Source: Eledone cirrhosa
Taxonomy: Eukaryota
Assembly: GCA_964016885.1 (NCBI GenBank)
Contig: OZ024741.1
Coordinates: 166,408,001 to 166,472,000, forward strand
DNA length: 64,000 nucleotides
Direction: 5' to 3'
Part shown: piece by piece, positions 27,165 through 39,105 of the stretch
Layout: each line of letters begins with the position of its first letter
Numbering within the stretch: position 1 is the stretch's first letter
Translations under genes and position numbers: made by a program
Notes under the pieces: model-generated
The model's database searches: none
Seen by the model: only the letters and a program-made list of their open reading frames with translations
What the model was told of the DNA's origin: nothing

Positions 27165-27383
27165 AGTCGTGTGTCACTTCGCGGAGAAGTTTCCGTTAAT
27201 TTATGTAAGAAAGAAAAACGTGAGTTTTTAGTTAAATTTTATATCATTGTGTAACTTGACCACCCGTCTGGACCTTCAGGTGGTGGGTCAACTCATTTTC
27301 GCCCCTTCAGGGGCGGAATATCCATTTAAAAAATTTTTCTCCATCGAATCTTTGAAAAAATATTGTAAAATTTTGATTACGTT

Positions 27384-29300
27384 ATGAACGCTGCGTCCAA
27401 CGATAATGGTGGTGGAGAGGCGGTAAGACTACAAAGCTCGCAGTCAACAACGTCTTCTTCACTAGATACTATAGAGATGGAAAGACAAAATGAAAATAAA
27501 AAAACGAATTCACATCCAAACAACACAAATGACACCAAACAGCTCAATGACAACAAAAATAACAGCAAAACCAATAATGATGATAAAAGCAGCAATGATA
27601 ACAACAACAAAGAAAAAAATAAAGACAACACCAATAACACCAGCATCAAAGACAACAACAACACCAAGGAAAATACGGATGATACCAACATCGGTGACAA
27701 CAAGAATAACAACAACAATAACAACAATAATGACAACACCACCAATACGGATTCCACAAAGAAACCAAAAATCTCCTTTGCGGAGAAAGTTCAAAAGAAA
27801 GAACAATTGATATATCTCGACATAACAAATGCTGAACACCTTTTAAAGGACGCTAAGAGATATGTCACCTTCGAAAAAAATGGTGCTTTCAGCATCAATT
27901 CTCCGGTAGAAATTCGCAAGGAAACTGCTCTCAAAACGATAGTTTTTAGGACAGTTTCCAATTCTACCCGAAAACCAGTCCAATTGTCAGAGAAAGATAT
28001 TGAACTGGTTTTCAAAGATTCAATGAATGATATTGCATTCATTCAAAGAAGCAAACTTTTTGGGAGTATTTCGGTACTCATGAAGGATCAATTGACGGCC
28101 CAAAATTATTCTGTGTCGCCAATTGTATCCAACCTGTACATCTTTTTCCCTACATACATGGGAAAAAGGACACAAAAGATCAGAATCACAAGTGTCACAC
28201 CAAAGGTGAACATATGGTGGATACTGTGCGGCTTCATCAATTTTGATGAAGACAGAATACTGTCAGTAGGAAAGTCCCCCAGAGATGTATTCAATGGGAT
28301 TAGCATTGAAGTTCTGGTGCAAATGAGCCCAGAGCGAATAGCTATGATCCCACAGCGTGTACTCCTGGACGGACTCACCTACATAAACCTTTCGGTTGAG
28401 GGTAGGCGGCCTTCATGTTACCATTGCTTTAGCAGGGGTCACCTGAGGGCTTCCTGTCCTAAACTAATGAACCAAAAAAAGGCTCTTCTGCCGACACCCA
28501 TCAAAACAACACAACCACCAACACCCCCACAACAACAACAACACCAACACACAAAAATAACCACAACAAATACAGTCCCACCCAACCCCACTCCACCTAA
28601 AACCACTGCAAAATCCCATACAGACACAACAGCTCCCCAAGACATACCCCTCCCCAATCACACAGACGATACAACAGATGAGGCTATCTCGCCATCACCC
28701 AGTGAAGACGAGGGAGAACCCCATCGCTCGAAAAGAAAGAAAAGACATCACAAAAGCAAAAAACCAGCAAACACTACCACAAACATACAACCACCAACAC
28801 AAACAACAAAAATATCACAAACAAAACCCCCACCTCCTGAAAACAAAATACCTACAACAAAACGAAAGCACACACAAGAACTACAGACAAAAACAAACAC
28901 AACACAAGAAAATTACACTTACTCTTACATAAACACTGAAAACAAAACACTAATGGAGACCATCACGAACGACCCTTCGGTTTTCACCGAAGGGAAAACT
29001 TTCGCCCACTCTATAAAAAATAGCAAAAAACTGAACCTAAAACTGATTAGGGTCCCTATACAAACTTATAGGTCCCTAAAAGAAACATTTGAGAAGGATG
29101 TGGGGAATTCCTGCGTGAAACCACTCAACCGCGTCCTTCTCAAATGCCTCCCCACCCCAGACACCCCCATCCCACCAGACCCCACCACACCAAACACCTG
29201 CGTCCCCACCCCGCCGGAAACCACCACCCATCCAGACAACCCCTCCAACACCCCCATGGAAATCATGCAGCCTGGTCCCCAGGAGGCGAAGGGTGAGTGA
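27384..29300 (+). CDS. Tx1-like ORF1 (gag-like nucleic-acid-binding protein, 638 aa)
   Basis: Intact ORF directly upstream of ORF2. CCHC knuckle CYHCFSRGHLRASC, Asn-rich N-terminus, Pro/Thr-rich linker and a basic KRKKRHHK patch. Confidence 0.88.
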   Translation: MNAASNDNGGGEAVRLQSSQSTTSSSLDTIEMERQNENKKTNSHPNNTNDTKQLNDNKNNSKTNNDDKSSNDNNNKEKNKDNTNNTSIKDNNNTKENTDDTNIGDNKNNNNNNNNNDNTTNTDSTKKPKISFAEKVQKKEQLIYLDITNAEHLLKDAKRYVTFEKNGAFSINSPVEIRKETALKTIVFRTVSNSTRKPVQLSEKDIELVFKDSMNDIAFIQRSKLFGSISVLMKDQLTAQNYSVSPIVSNLYIFFPTYMGKRTQKIRITSVTPKVNIWWILCGFINFDEDRILSVGKSPRDVFNGISIEVLVQMSPERIAMIPQRVLLDGLTYINLSVEGRRPSCYHCFSRGHLRASCPKLMNQKKALLPTPIKTTQPPTPPQQQQHQHTKITTTNTVPPNPTPPKTTAKSHTDTTAPQDIPLPNHTDDTTDEAISPSPSEDEGEPHRSKRKKRHHKSKKPANTTTNIQPPTQTTKISQTKPPPPENKIPTTKRKHTQELQTKTNTTQENYTYSYINTENKTLMETITNDPSVFTEGKTFAHSIKNSKKLNLKLIRVPIQTYRSLKETFEKDVGNSCVKPLNRVLLKCLPTPDTPIPPDPTTPNTCVPTPPETTTHPDNPSNTPMEIMQPGPQEAKGE

Positions 29301-29333
29301 TCTCTTTTCCTCTTTTAACTTTTCAGCACCAAC

Positions 29334-32300
29334 ATGGCCAATATAAGAGTTGGATGTGTGAACGTACGCGGCCTGGGGATGCCCTGGAAAAAGGGCAAAC
29401 TCTTAAACGACCTCAGGTCGCACAGTTTGGATGTGGTAGCCATTTGCGAGTCCAGGATCCACGGCGAGCGACAGCTGGCCCCCATCTTCGATGACTTTGA
29501 GATCTACGCATCTCTCTGTCAACCGGGGGGTGGGGGCGGAGTTGCCGTTTTGCTGCGGAAACACCTGGGCCTCGTAACACAGACGGTACATCTGGACCCG
29601 GAGGGTCGACTGGTGGTCCTAGACGTTGACGGTAGTGAAGGTGGAGCGTTCAGACTGGTGGCCGCATATGCCCCATCCGGGACACCGCGGCCAGACTTCT
29701 TCAAACGTCTAGAGACTTTTCTGGGAACGTCCCGCTCCTTGCTTTTAGTGGGGGACTGGAATGGAATCCTAGATGCACGTTGGGACTATGTGGGAGCATG
29801 TCCCGATAAAGGGGGGTGTAACAGCCTCAAACAGTTAATCGACCGTTTTGACCTGGCCGATAGATATCGACTAGATTTTCCGACTGCGCCACTGTGGACG
29901 TGGAGTAATCGTAGCGGAACATCTAGATCGTACCTAGATAGGGTTCTAGTTAGAAATAAGGATAGGGACATGTTAAGCTGTCCACAAATGTTCATGGTTG
30001 CCTATTCAGATCACAAACTAGTGACCTGCATGGCCAACCTTGATAGAACCCATAGACAAGGACCCGGCTACTGGAAGCTGAACTTGTCGTTACCGACAAG
30101 CAAAGCCTACAGTAGACGGATTAGCACTTTAGTTAAACAGCACTTGACAGGGGCCATTGTCAACAACAGATGGTGGTACTCTCTCAAGAGGGCAGTTAGA
30201 TTAGACTCGATAGATTTTAGTAAAGAATTAGCGTTAGATAGAAATAGAACCGAGAAGGAACTGGTAGATAAAGTAGAAGAGGCAATTAGAAGTGGCAACG
30301 TAGCCAGCGTGCTAGCAACGAGAACGGCCTTGGACCAGTTCTTCGACGCAAAGCACGAGGGCTGCGTTGTCAGAAGCAAAATACGTGCTCTGGGAAACGA
30401 GGGAGCCAAAGCTGTTAGCTGGGCCCGAGTGACGGAGGCAAAAAGTGGCAACAAGTCCACGATTCGGTCTTTGAAGGACCAAAACGGACGCGTGATACGT
30501 GAGCCGAAGCAGATGTGTGCGGCTTTTCAGCGGCACTTTGCTCGGCTGTTCGGGGGGAGCGGCGCGCCGGGGGAGGCTATGGATTTCGGTCCATACCTCG
30601 ACGGCCTACCGCGACTCTCGGACAGCGAGGCGAAGTTCTGCGAAAAGCCGATTTCAGCCACTGAGATAGGGGACGTGCTGAGCCAATGCGGCAAACGCAA
30701 ATCTCCAGGTCTCGACGGTCTACCCTACGAATTTTACGTAGCAATGCCGGACTTATTCTCCGGTCTCCTGGAAGCGGTCTACTGCAACTGGCAACAGAAC
30801 GGGAGAATTCCCAGTTCTGTAACCGGGGGCGTGGTCACACTAATCAGGAAGGACGAGAATAAGGGGGATGACATAGGCAACTTCCGGCCCATAACTCTGC
30901 TAAACACAGAGTTACAGATTTTGGCCAAGGTGTTGGCAAAGAGGCTGGCGCTTGTCGTCGAGAACCTGGTGGGAGAAGCGCAGACATGCGCGATCCCGAC
31001 CAGGTCCATACACGACAACCTCCACCTCATGCGATACATCATAGAGAGGGTAGGGTGTAAACCCGGCTTCGGTGGGGCCCTGATCAACTTGGATCAGTCT
31101 AAGGCTTTCGATAGGGTTGACCATCGTTACCTGGATGCGGTGCTCGAGGCGGTAGGCTTCGGACCCGTGTTCAGGGGCTGGATTGCTGCAATGCACAACA
31201 GCAACATCTGCTCAAGGGTCAAGGTGAACGGTTACCTCTCGGAGCCGTTCCATATTACGCGATCCATTCGACAGGGATGCCCTCTCTCCTCCCTTCTGTA
31301 CGTACTGACTCTCGAGCCACTACTGCGGAAGCTGGAGCTATTGCAGGGCATCCCTCTGGAACCGGGACTGCGGAAAGCAGCGTCGGCCTACGCCGACGAC
31401 GTGCCAGTAATGGTGTCGAGCGCCTCGCAAATCGAGGAAGTCGGCACCTTACTAAAGGAATACGAAAGTCTCACAGGAGCGAAGCTGAACCGGGACAAGT
31501 CCATCGGTTTGCAACTCGGATCGTGGAGAGGCAGACCGATGCCTTCCGATGGCGTCGTCGGACACTGGACGGAAGGACCGGTAAAGTTGCTCGGGGTCTG
31601 GTTTGGTCCAGACCTCCAGGTGGAGAAGAACTGGAACGAAGTGACGGCCAAGGTGTTTGCACTCACCCAGAAGTGGGCCGAGTGCAAACTATCCTTGAAA
31701 GGTCGAGCGGAGGTGGCGAGCACTTTTATAGCGTCCGCCATCTACTACCGCTTGACCGTCGTGCCTTATCCAGCCAAAACGCTCGCCAAAATGGAGCGCG
31801 CGCTCTTCCGATTCCTTTGGAAGAGGCGGGCTCCTTTGGTGAGAAGATCCATCTGCTGCCAACACCCTTCTAACGGAGGGCTGGGGATGCCGTGGTTGAC
31901 GATGCGCAAACACGCGCTCAGGCTGCGGCATCTCTACGTATTCCTCACCGGACAACCGGTGTGGGTCCCGTTCGTGAGGCGAGCCTTCCCACGACTCGTC
32001 TCGCTGACCGAGCTGCAGTCCTGGGTCAAGCAGAGACCGAGGAAAATGGGCGACTGGCACATCGAATGTGCTCAGGCGCTCACAGCCATCTGGCAGGCGA
32101 ACCCGGCGATCAGTGGAGACTCCACTTCGTCATTCTATAGAGGGTTGGTCCGCAGCAAGTGCGACGACGCGCTCGGTGAAACTCTAGGCGTAGAGGAAGA
32201 TGAACTGGCCAGTCTGTTCGGTAGGACCTTCCGCCCGGGACCGATGGACAACTTCCAAAAGTCCCTGGCCTGGCAGTGCTACCGAGGAGCTCTACCAGTT

Positions 32301-32771
32301 CGAGACAAGCTCTACAGACATGGGCGCCCGGGTGGGGACCCTTCAAAAAAGATCTGTCCGAGGTGCGTGCGAGACGAAGAAACCGTCGCGCACGCATTCA
32401 TACACTGCCCGGGCGTCACTGACCTGTGGGGCTATGTAGAACGACTATTGTCGCGGGTGGGACCAATCCAGTTGACCACCGAGTCCATTGTCATGATCAA
32501 ACCGCCACCCTCCTTCAAAAACGAAGGAGAGGCGGTTTTCCTTTGTGTGATAGCTATGGCGAAAGAGGTTGTATGGTGGACAAGGTTGAAAGGGCTGAGG
32601 TCAGACACCTTTCTCTCCGGCCAACAACTGATTCTTTTTTTCAAATACCACTTTGGAAGAAGAATCAGGATGGAGAGAGAGGTGCTGTACCCCAGCAAGT
32701 TTTATGAAAGGTGGGTGAAAGTGGCGAGAATGGCCCGAGTGAATGGGCCTTCTCTCTATATCAGCCTGTAG
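29334..32771 (+). CDS. Tx1-like ORF2: apurinic endonuclease + reverse transcriptase + C-terminal zinc-binding domain (1145 aa)
   Basis: APE motifs NVRG, ICE, GDWN, YLDR, SDH; GYWKLN linker; RT motifs KSPGLDG, FRPITLLN, KAFDRV, IRQGCPLS, AYADD; C-terminal CPRC..ETVAHAFIHC. Confidence 0.96.
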   Translation: MANIRVGCVNVRGLGMPWKKGKLLNDLRSHSLDVVAICESRIHGERQLAPIFDDFEIYASLCQPGGGGGVAVLLRKHLGLVTQTVHLDPEGRLVVLDVDGSEGGAFRLVAAYAPSGTPRPDFFKRLETFLGTSRSLLLVGDWNGILDARWDYVGACPDKGGCNSLKQLIDRFDLADRYRLDFPTAPLWTWSNRSGTSRSYLDRVLVRNKDRDMLSCPQMFMVAYSDHKLVTCMANLDRTHRQGPGYWKLNLSLPTSKAYSRRISTLVKQHLTGAIVNNRWWYSLKRAVRLDSIDFSKELALDRNRTEKELVDKVEEAIRSGNVASVLATRTALDQFFDAKHEGCVVRSKIRALGNEGAKAVSWARVTEAKSGNKSTIRSLKDQNGRVIREPKQMCAAFQRHFARLFGGSGAPGEAMDFGPYLDGLPRLSDSEAKFCEKPISATEIGDVLSQCGKRKSPGLDGLPYEFYVAMPDLFSGLLEAVYCNWQQNGRIPSSVTGGVVTLIRKDENKGDDIGNFRPITLLNTELQILAKVLAKRLALVVENLVGEAQTCAIPTRSIHDNLHLMRYIIERVGCKPGFGGALINLDQSKAFDRVDHRYLDAVLEAVGFGPVFRGWIAAMHNSNICSRVKVNGYLSEPFHITRSIRQGCPLSSLLYVLTLEPLLRKLELLQGIPLEPGLRKAASAYADDVPVMVSSASQIEEVGTLLKEYESLTGAKLNRDKSIGLQLGSWRGRPMPSDGVVGHWTEGPVKLLGVWFGPDLQVEKNWNEVTAKVFALTQKWAECKLSLKGRAEVASTFIASAIYYRLTVVPYPAKTLAKMERALFRFLWKRRAPLVRRSICCQHPSNGGLGMPWLTMRKHALRLRHLYVFLTGQPVWVPFVRRAFPRLVSLTELQSWVKQRPRKMGDWHIECAQALTAIWQANPAISGDSTSSFYRGLVRSKCDDALGETLGVEEDELASLFGRTFRPGPMDNFQKSLAWQCYRGALPVRDKLYRHGRPGGDPSKKICPRCVRDEETVAHAFIHCPGVTDLWGYVERLLSRVGPIQLTTESIVMIKPPPSFKNEGEAVFLCVIAMAKEVVWWTRLKGLRSDTFLSGQQLILFFKYHFGRRIRMEREVLYPSKFYERWVKVARMARVNGPSLYISL

Positions 32772-33011
32772 GTTGAGGAAAAGGAGGAGGAGAGGAAAGG
32801 AGTACAAGCTCTTCGTACTCCTGGAGATGAGGGTTGCACATTTTTTTTCGGGGGTATGTGTTACCCATATAAACTGTCTCCCTCTATTGGGGAAAATCGA
32901 CTAACTTTTAAATTCCATCTGTGATAACATTTTACACGTTTTTATTGTATGTAAACTTCCCCCTTTGTATTTGTCCCCTTCTTTTGTGCCCCTGTGGCTA
33001 ATAAAGAAATA

Positions 33012-33059
<48 letters not shown>

Positions 33060-33905
33060 GTTTCTTTCATTCTTGAAACCATGCTAGGGAGACGATTATA
33101 TGAGTTAAGCTAATTTATTTTAGTCTTTCTGACTTCCTCTAAATTGAGATTTTGGCAAAAGTTTAATATGTGATATATATATATATATATGTATATAGGA
33201 AAAGTGTCAGGACCACACCCTCTTTGTTATATATATATATATATATAGTGTATAGGTGTGTGTGTGCGTATTTGTGTGTGCGTGTGTACGTTATATTGTT
33301 GTTTGACCACCTCTTCCAGCCCGTCCAATTTCTATCTGTTATAAACGAGACCCGTTTGAGGATTTGAACTCACAAATACGAAATATATCAACTCTCATGA
33401 ATTAGATTTTGCTTTCACAAGAAGCTCAAAGAAAATTAATTTACTTCTTCTATCATATATAAGCATTCAAAAACAATTGAAAGTTACATAACATCATGAC
33501 TGGAAACTGTGCCTTGGTGTCGACTCATACAGAATTTATATTTAGCTCTAGATTACAATACACAGCTAAATTGTTATTTATTCTACTATTTATTGGCCTC
33601 GTGTAAAATTCTATTTTGAAAGGAAATTATATTATCACTGTTGGTGTTTGAATGCGTAGTTATTCTTTATTATATTTATTTTATCTTGGAGCGAAAGTAT
33701 TGCATTTAAAAAATGTTCTCTAACAAAAAATCCCATTACATTTTTTAAACACTCTGAAATATAATTTTAATTAATAAATTTTTAAATATATTAATTGCTT
33801 CATTAATGAGACGGGACTAAACTATAATTTACAACGTTTTTGTTAATGTATACGCACGAATGTCTACGAGCATGAAATATTTGTGTGTGTGCATGTGTCT
33901 GTGCG

Positions 33906-33957
<52 letters not shown>

Positions 33958-34080
33958 TGTATATATAGTGTATTTTGCAAGACACTGTATGCTTAATTAA
34001 AATCACTTTGAAGACCTTACGCCATTGTTTTAAAGTAGTGACTATGTCACTTACTTCTTTTTTCAACAAATAAAGGGAGA

Positions 34081-34128
34081 TAAGCTGACAGATCTCTGTT
34101 TCATACTGTTGGTATTCCTCAGAACTTA
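34081..34128 (-). ncRNA. Type I hammerhead ribozyme (left arm of inverted repeat)
   Basis: taagtt-CTGAGGA-atac/gtat-GAAA-cagagatctg-TC-agctta. Confidence 0.75.
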
Positions 34129-34405
34129 GCACTCCCCTTGCCTGTTGAAAATTATGAATGTTGGATTCTTATAGAATTCCAGTAATAATCAGGAACTGAT
34201 TATACAGAGCGATTGCCGGTCCAGCAAAAATACACTATAAGTACACTATATATACATTCATATATATATATCGCTATTTCAGAGCACCAATTCTAATTTT
34301 CAATGTTTGCTGGACCGGCAACCGCTCTGTATAATCAGTTCCTGATTATTACTGGAATTCTATAAGAATCCAACATTCATAATTTTCAACAGGCAAGGGG
34401 AGTGC

Positions 34406-34453
34406 TAAGCTCTGAGGAATACCAACAGTATGAAACAGAGATCTGTCAGCTTA
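34406..34453 (+). ncRNA. Type I hammerhead ribozyme (right arm of inverted repeat)
   Basis: taagct-CTGAGGA-ataccaacagtat-GAAA-cagagatctg-TC-agctta; stems I, II and III all pair. Confidence 0.82.
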
Positions 34454-34647
34454 TCTCCCTTTGTTTGTTGAAAAAAGAAGTGACATAGTCACTACTTTAA
34501 AACAATAGCGTAAGGTCTTCAAAATTCTTTTAAATAAGTATAAGAATTGGTGTTCTGAAATAGTGATATATATATATGAATGTATATATAGTGTATTTTG
34601 TAATACACTGTATACTTATTTAAAAGAATTTTAATGCACACACACAC

Positions 34648-34738
<91 letters not shown>

Positions 34739-34935
34739 TACATGTGTAACCGACTTCCATTTCTTTAATTATGATATCATCTCCCAATACCTCACGGGAT
34801 GCCGGAACATATTTGCTATTTTCACAAATTAATCAAAGATTAATTCCACTTTTTCAACTTCATATTTGAGTTTTTCATTAACTCGTTTCCTTGTGATCTA
34901 TTTAGTAGAGGAACTATTATTTCAGGAACACCTAG

Positions 34936-35211
34936 GGCGGTGTGTTGGGAGACTCGGTAGAGCGTCGGACACCGTGCTTTGCAGCATAGAGTTACGGCAC
35001 TTTATGTTCTGAGTTCAAATCCTGCCAGGGCTAGCTTTACTTTTCATCCTTACTGGGTCGATAAAATAAAGCACCAGTAATGCACTGGGGTCAATTTAAT
35101 CGACCCCCCCCCCCACCCCACAAAAAAAAATTGCTGGCCTTGTGCCTATAGTAGAAATCATTATTTCAGGGGCACCTGAATTTCACTGACCAGAACCCAA
35201 ACTGATGCACG

Positions 35212-35261
<50 letters not shown>

Positions 35262-36082
35262 CTCATACGCGCACATGTGATTGAACCTCCGTCGACATCG
35301 ACGATGCGTGTTTCAATTCTTCGAGATTAACGTCCAACTGGCTGAGTATACCAGAGACACATATACTCTTAACATACTGTTCATGGAGATTCAGAATGAA
35401 ACAGTGTACAACAAGGCTGGGCTTTTGAATTACATTTACAATTCCCTTTTGCCAGCTAAGTGGAATTGAGTAAAGAGCAATAAAGCGTCTTTTTCAAGGA
35501 CACGGTACGTTTCTACGAATAGAACTCAAGACCTTACGATCGTGTGTTGAATACTCAAACTACAAAGCCACGCGCCTTCGCGTAAATTCCAGGGGCGGTG
35601 AAACTGGGGGTCGGGGGCAAGAGGGCTATGCCACCCCTTCAATAATTATATTTTCTCCCCAATCTACCAAAACACACATCTATTTCTGTACACACTACAA
35701 TTTATGTAAAATGTTATGGTTATCGCATATCGAAGTTTTTTATATCTTGGTTGATATTTAATAATTGTTTCTACTTTTGGCACAGGGCCAGCAATTATTC
35801 CAGTGTATTAGTGGTACTTTATTTTATCGAACCTGTAAGGATGAAAGGCAAAGTAAACCTCGGCAGGGTTTGAACTCAGACCATAAACGGCCGTAACTCT
35901 TTGCTGCAAAGCATGGCGTCCCCGACCCTCTACCGATACTGCCAATCCACCGCTATTTAATAATGGTTTATTATATAGGCACAAGGCCAGCAATTATCCA
36001 GTACATTTCTGGTACTTTATTTTATCGACCGACCCCGTAAGGATGAAAGGCAAAGTTAACCTCGGCGAGATTTAAACTCAGA
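34936..36082. mobile_element. SINE A copies 34936-35163(+), 35761-35953(-), 35975-36082(-); degenerate SINE B-type ~35310-35580(-)
   Basis: Diagnostic motifs of both families. Confidence 0.8.
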
Positions 36083-36392
36083 ATAACAGCTAAAATAATC
36101 ACTACAATTGATTTTACCAAATTTGCCCACCCTCTTCTTCCCCATTCAGAAATGCTTCCACCACCCCTGAGTTCACATATAAAAGATAACTATTACTTTC
36201 GGTTACGAATGACCATGGGTTTTGCATCTAGAAAATTACACACTGGTAACTCCTTTTGACCAACAATCACCCATTCTCACGTCTCTGCCAGCTGCTGGAA
36301 CTGCTGAGAATACATAGTATTCTCATATATATATATATATATGAAAACTTCACTATTCACAAGTGTTTTTTAAGCTTCATATCATGTCTCCC

Positions 36393-36463
36393 TATTTTAT
36401 CTGATGAGAACGCAGATATCATCCCATGATGATATTTGTTTTTGAAATGCGCATAATAAAATA
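36393..36463 (+). ncRNA. Type I minimal hammerhead ribozyme
   Basis: tattttat-CTGATGA-(cagatatcat/atgatatttg stem)-GAAA-tgcgca-TA-ataaaata. Confidence 0.82.
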
Positions 36464-36511
36464 CTTGGAACTCTTTTAACCTTCTTTTGATCTTATATAT
36501 ATATATATATA

Positions 36512-37110
36512 TGGTGGCTGCCAACTTGTTTTCGAGTACGGCCACTACTTTATATCCATGTAGGAGAACCCCTACCGATGCGCTGAAAGAGTAACTTTTT
36601 AGTCCAGCCAGCGACTTGAAAACTCTGGTACAAACACTACACTTGTGACAATTATTGACACATAGTGCTGGGCCCATGGTACCATGTGACGACAAGTGCA
36701 GAGAGATCTCCAGATATAAAGCAATGCCTGTGCCGTGAAGCTTTTATTGTTAGCAAAGGCACTGCACAAAGCCAGTCCCACTCTCTTAACCAAGATGATA
36801 TTTACCAAAAAGAAGAACAAGTCAACATCATTGGATACCATCAGGGTTGCAGGTGTTATAACAGAATTTTCCTTCTCCTAGAATTCTGCCTTGACAAAGG
36901 CTAAGGGGTCATCTCTCCCGGTGATTTTGGATGGCCATTGACTCTTAAGAGGTCCCTTGCCCTTTGACAGGTTTTGTTTTTAGTCCTGCAGGATGTCCCG
37001 AGTCACCCTCCTCACCGAGAAACCTTGGTGGGGTTGCGGTTTAGTCGCCAACGACCCGACCATGAGACAGGTTGTACTGGGATACATGTTACCAGTAGCA
37101 CCAACTGGTA

Positions 37111-37112
<2 letters not shown>
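36512..37112 (-). mobile_element. Non-autonomous RTE-derived element, copy 3
   Basis: Reverse-complement match to copy 1; (TA)n flanks. Confidence 0.75.
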
Positions 37113-37183
<71 letters not shown>

Positions 37184-37423
37184 CATATATTTTCCTTTTT
37201 TTTTTGTCGATCGACTTTCGTCAAACCGGACAGAGAAAACAATGTTTCCGTTGGTCTTTCCAATTGCTATCTATCGGTCGCAACTGCAGGTAGAAGGAGC
37301 AACGCGAAATAAAGTGTCTTGCTGAAGGACATAATGCATCGCCCAGTCCAGGAATCGAACTGACAATTCACGATTACGAATCTAGTTCTCCAACAAATCC
37401 CCCACACGCTCTCACACACACAG

Positions 37424-37455
<32 letters not shown>

Positions 37456-37788
37456 CTTTTCGTAGTTGGTCTCTATTTCCCCTTCTTCTGTCTCACTCGT
37501 TCTCTCTCTCTCTCTCTGTCTGCCCCCCACCCCACCCCCACCCCCCACACACACACATTTACACACTTACACACACATTAGTTCACTATGTTACTGTCAG
37601 CGATTTATCACAGTACATTTCTTCTCAATTTCACCTACTGGCAATAATTACAGCTCTATAAATATCATCACTATTTAATTCCTTTACTTCATTCGCATCG
37701 CTTCACTATCTTTTATTGTCTCCTGCCTTTTGTCTCTAACGATTCATGCACGCACAAATGTGTATGTATATATATGTGCATATGTATA

Positions 37789-37827
<39 letters not shown>

Positions 37828-37963
37828 ATGTTTATATATATGTATGTATATATATATATATATATATATACACGTGTGTGTGTTTGTATAAGTATATATA
37901 TATATATATTATATATATATGTGTGTGTGTATATATATATATGTATATATATATATGAATATA

Positions 37964-38009
<46 letters not shown>

Positions 38010-38052
38010 TATACATATATATATACATATATACATACATATATACATACAT

Positions 38053-38184
<132 letters not shown>

Positions 38185-38266
38185 TATATATATATATATA
38201 TATATATTAGAATTTGTGCTCTGAAATATATATATACATATATAGATATAGATATATATACATAAG

Positions 38267-38328
<62 letters not shown>

Positions 38329-38329
38329 C

Positions 38330-38374
<45 letters not shown>

Positions 38375-38671
38375 CATATATCTATACATATATATATACA
38401 TACATATATATATACATATATATATATATATATGTGTGTGTCTGTGTGTATAAGATGAACGATTATCTACTAACCTTCCAACTAATCATATGATTCCTTC
38501 CATCTTCAGACATTCATAATTTTTCCTGTTCGAGGAATCGTGTGTCCTCGTGTAAACTCCAGAATAACAGGAAATTGTGACCTACAACGATAGTTACTTC
38601 TTTTTCTCTCGTCTATTAATATATAGGTACATACTGTTGTCTGCATTATATATATATATATATATATAAAA

Positions 38672-38855
38672 TGCATAGAGTTACGGCCCTTTATGATCTG
38701 AGTTCAAATCCCGCCGAGGTTAACTTTGCCTTTCATCCTTGTGGGGTCGATAAAATAAAGTACCAGTCACACACTCGGGTCGATTTGATTGACTTTCTCT
38801 TCCTCCAAAATTGCTGGCCTTGTGTCTATGTAAGAAACCTTTTTTAGAAGCTACA
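38672..38855 (+). mobile_element. SINE A (5'-truncated), sharing its 3' end with the 40268-40500 copy
   Basis: Core motif; both copies end GTAAGAAACCTTTTTTAGAAGCTA. Confidence 0.85.
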
Positions 38856-38877
38856 ACTTTATATATATTACATATAA

Positions 38878-38931
<54 letters not shown>

Positions 38932-39105
38932 TTTTTTTTTTTTTTTTTACCCTTGGTCAGTCAATGGTAAACATTGAGGACTGAATAAATTAACTGATAT
39001 AAAAGATACAAAAGCGAAAACCAACCAAACAGTGAGTGTGTTCTGTTATTAATTCTGGTAATATTATTACAAAAATATGACCCTCCCCAAGTATAACAAT
39101 ATATG

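Larger units (their letters stand above)
27165..33010 (+). mobile_element. Full-length Tx1-clade non-LTR retrotransposon inserted in (TATC)n
   Basis: 5'UTR (starts at TCAGT) + ORF1 + ORF2 + 3'UTR ending AATAAAGAAAT with no poly(A). Flanked by (TATC)n at 27080-27164 and 33012-33059. ORF2 is GC-rich relative to the AT-rich background. Confidence 0.93.
33950..34632. repeat. Alternating inverted array (B-A'-B'-A-B-A') carrying two HHRs
   Basis: Arms 33982-34228 and 34306-34542 are near-identical reverse complements. B' 34242-34294 is the reverse complement of 34543-34595. Confidence 0.88.

Noticed and set aside
35590-36169. CAGGGGCGGTG..CACCACCCCTG as MITE TIRs enclosing two SINEs
   Set aside because: Only ~11 bp, imperfect, with no clear TSD; too weak to call.
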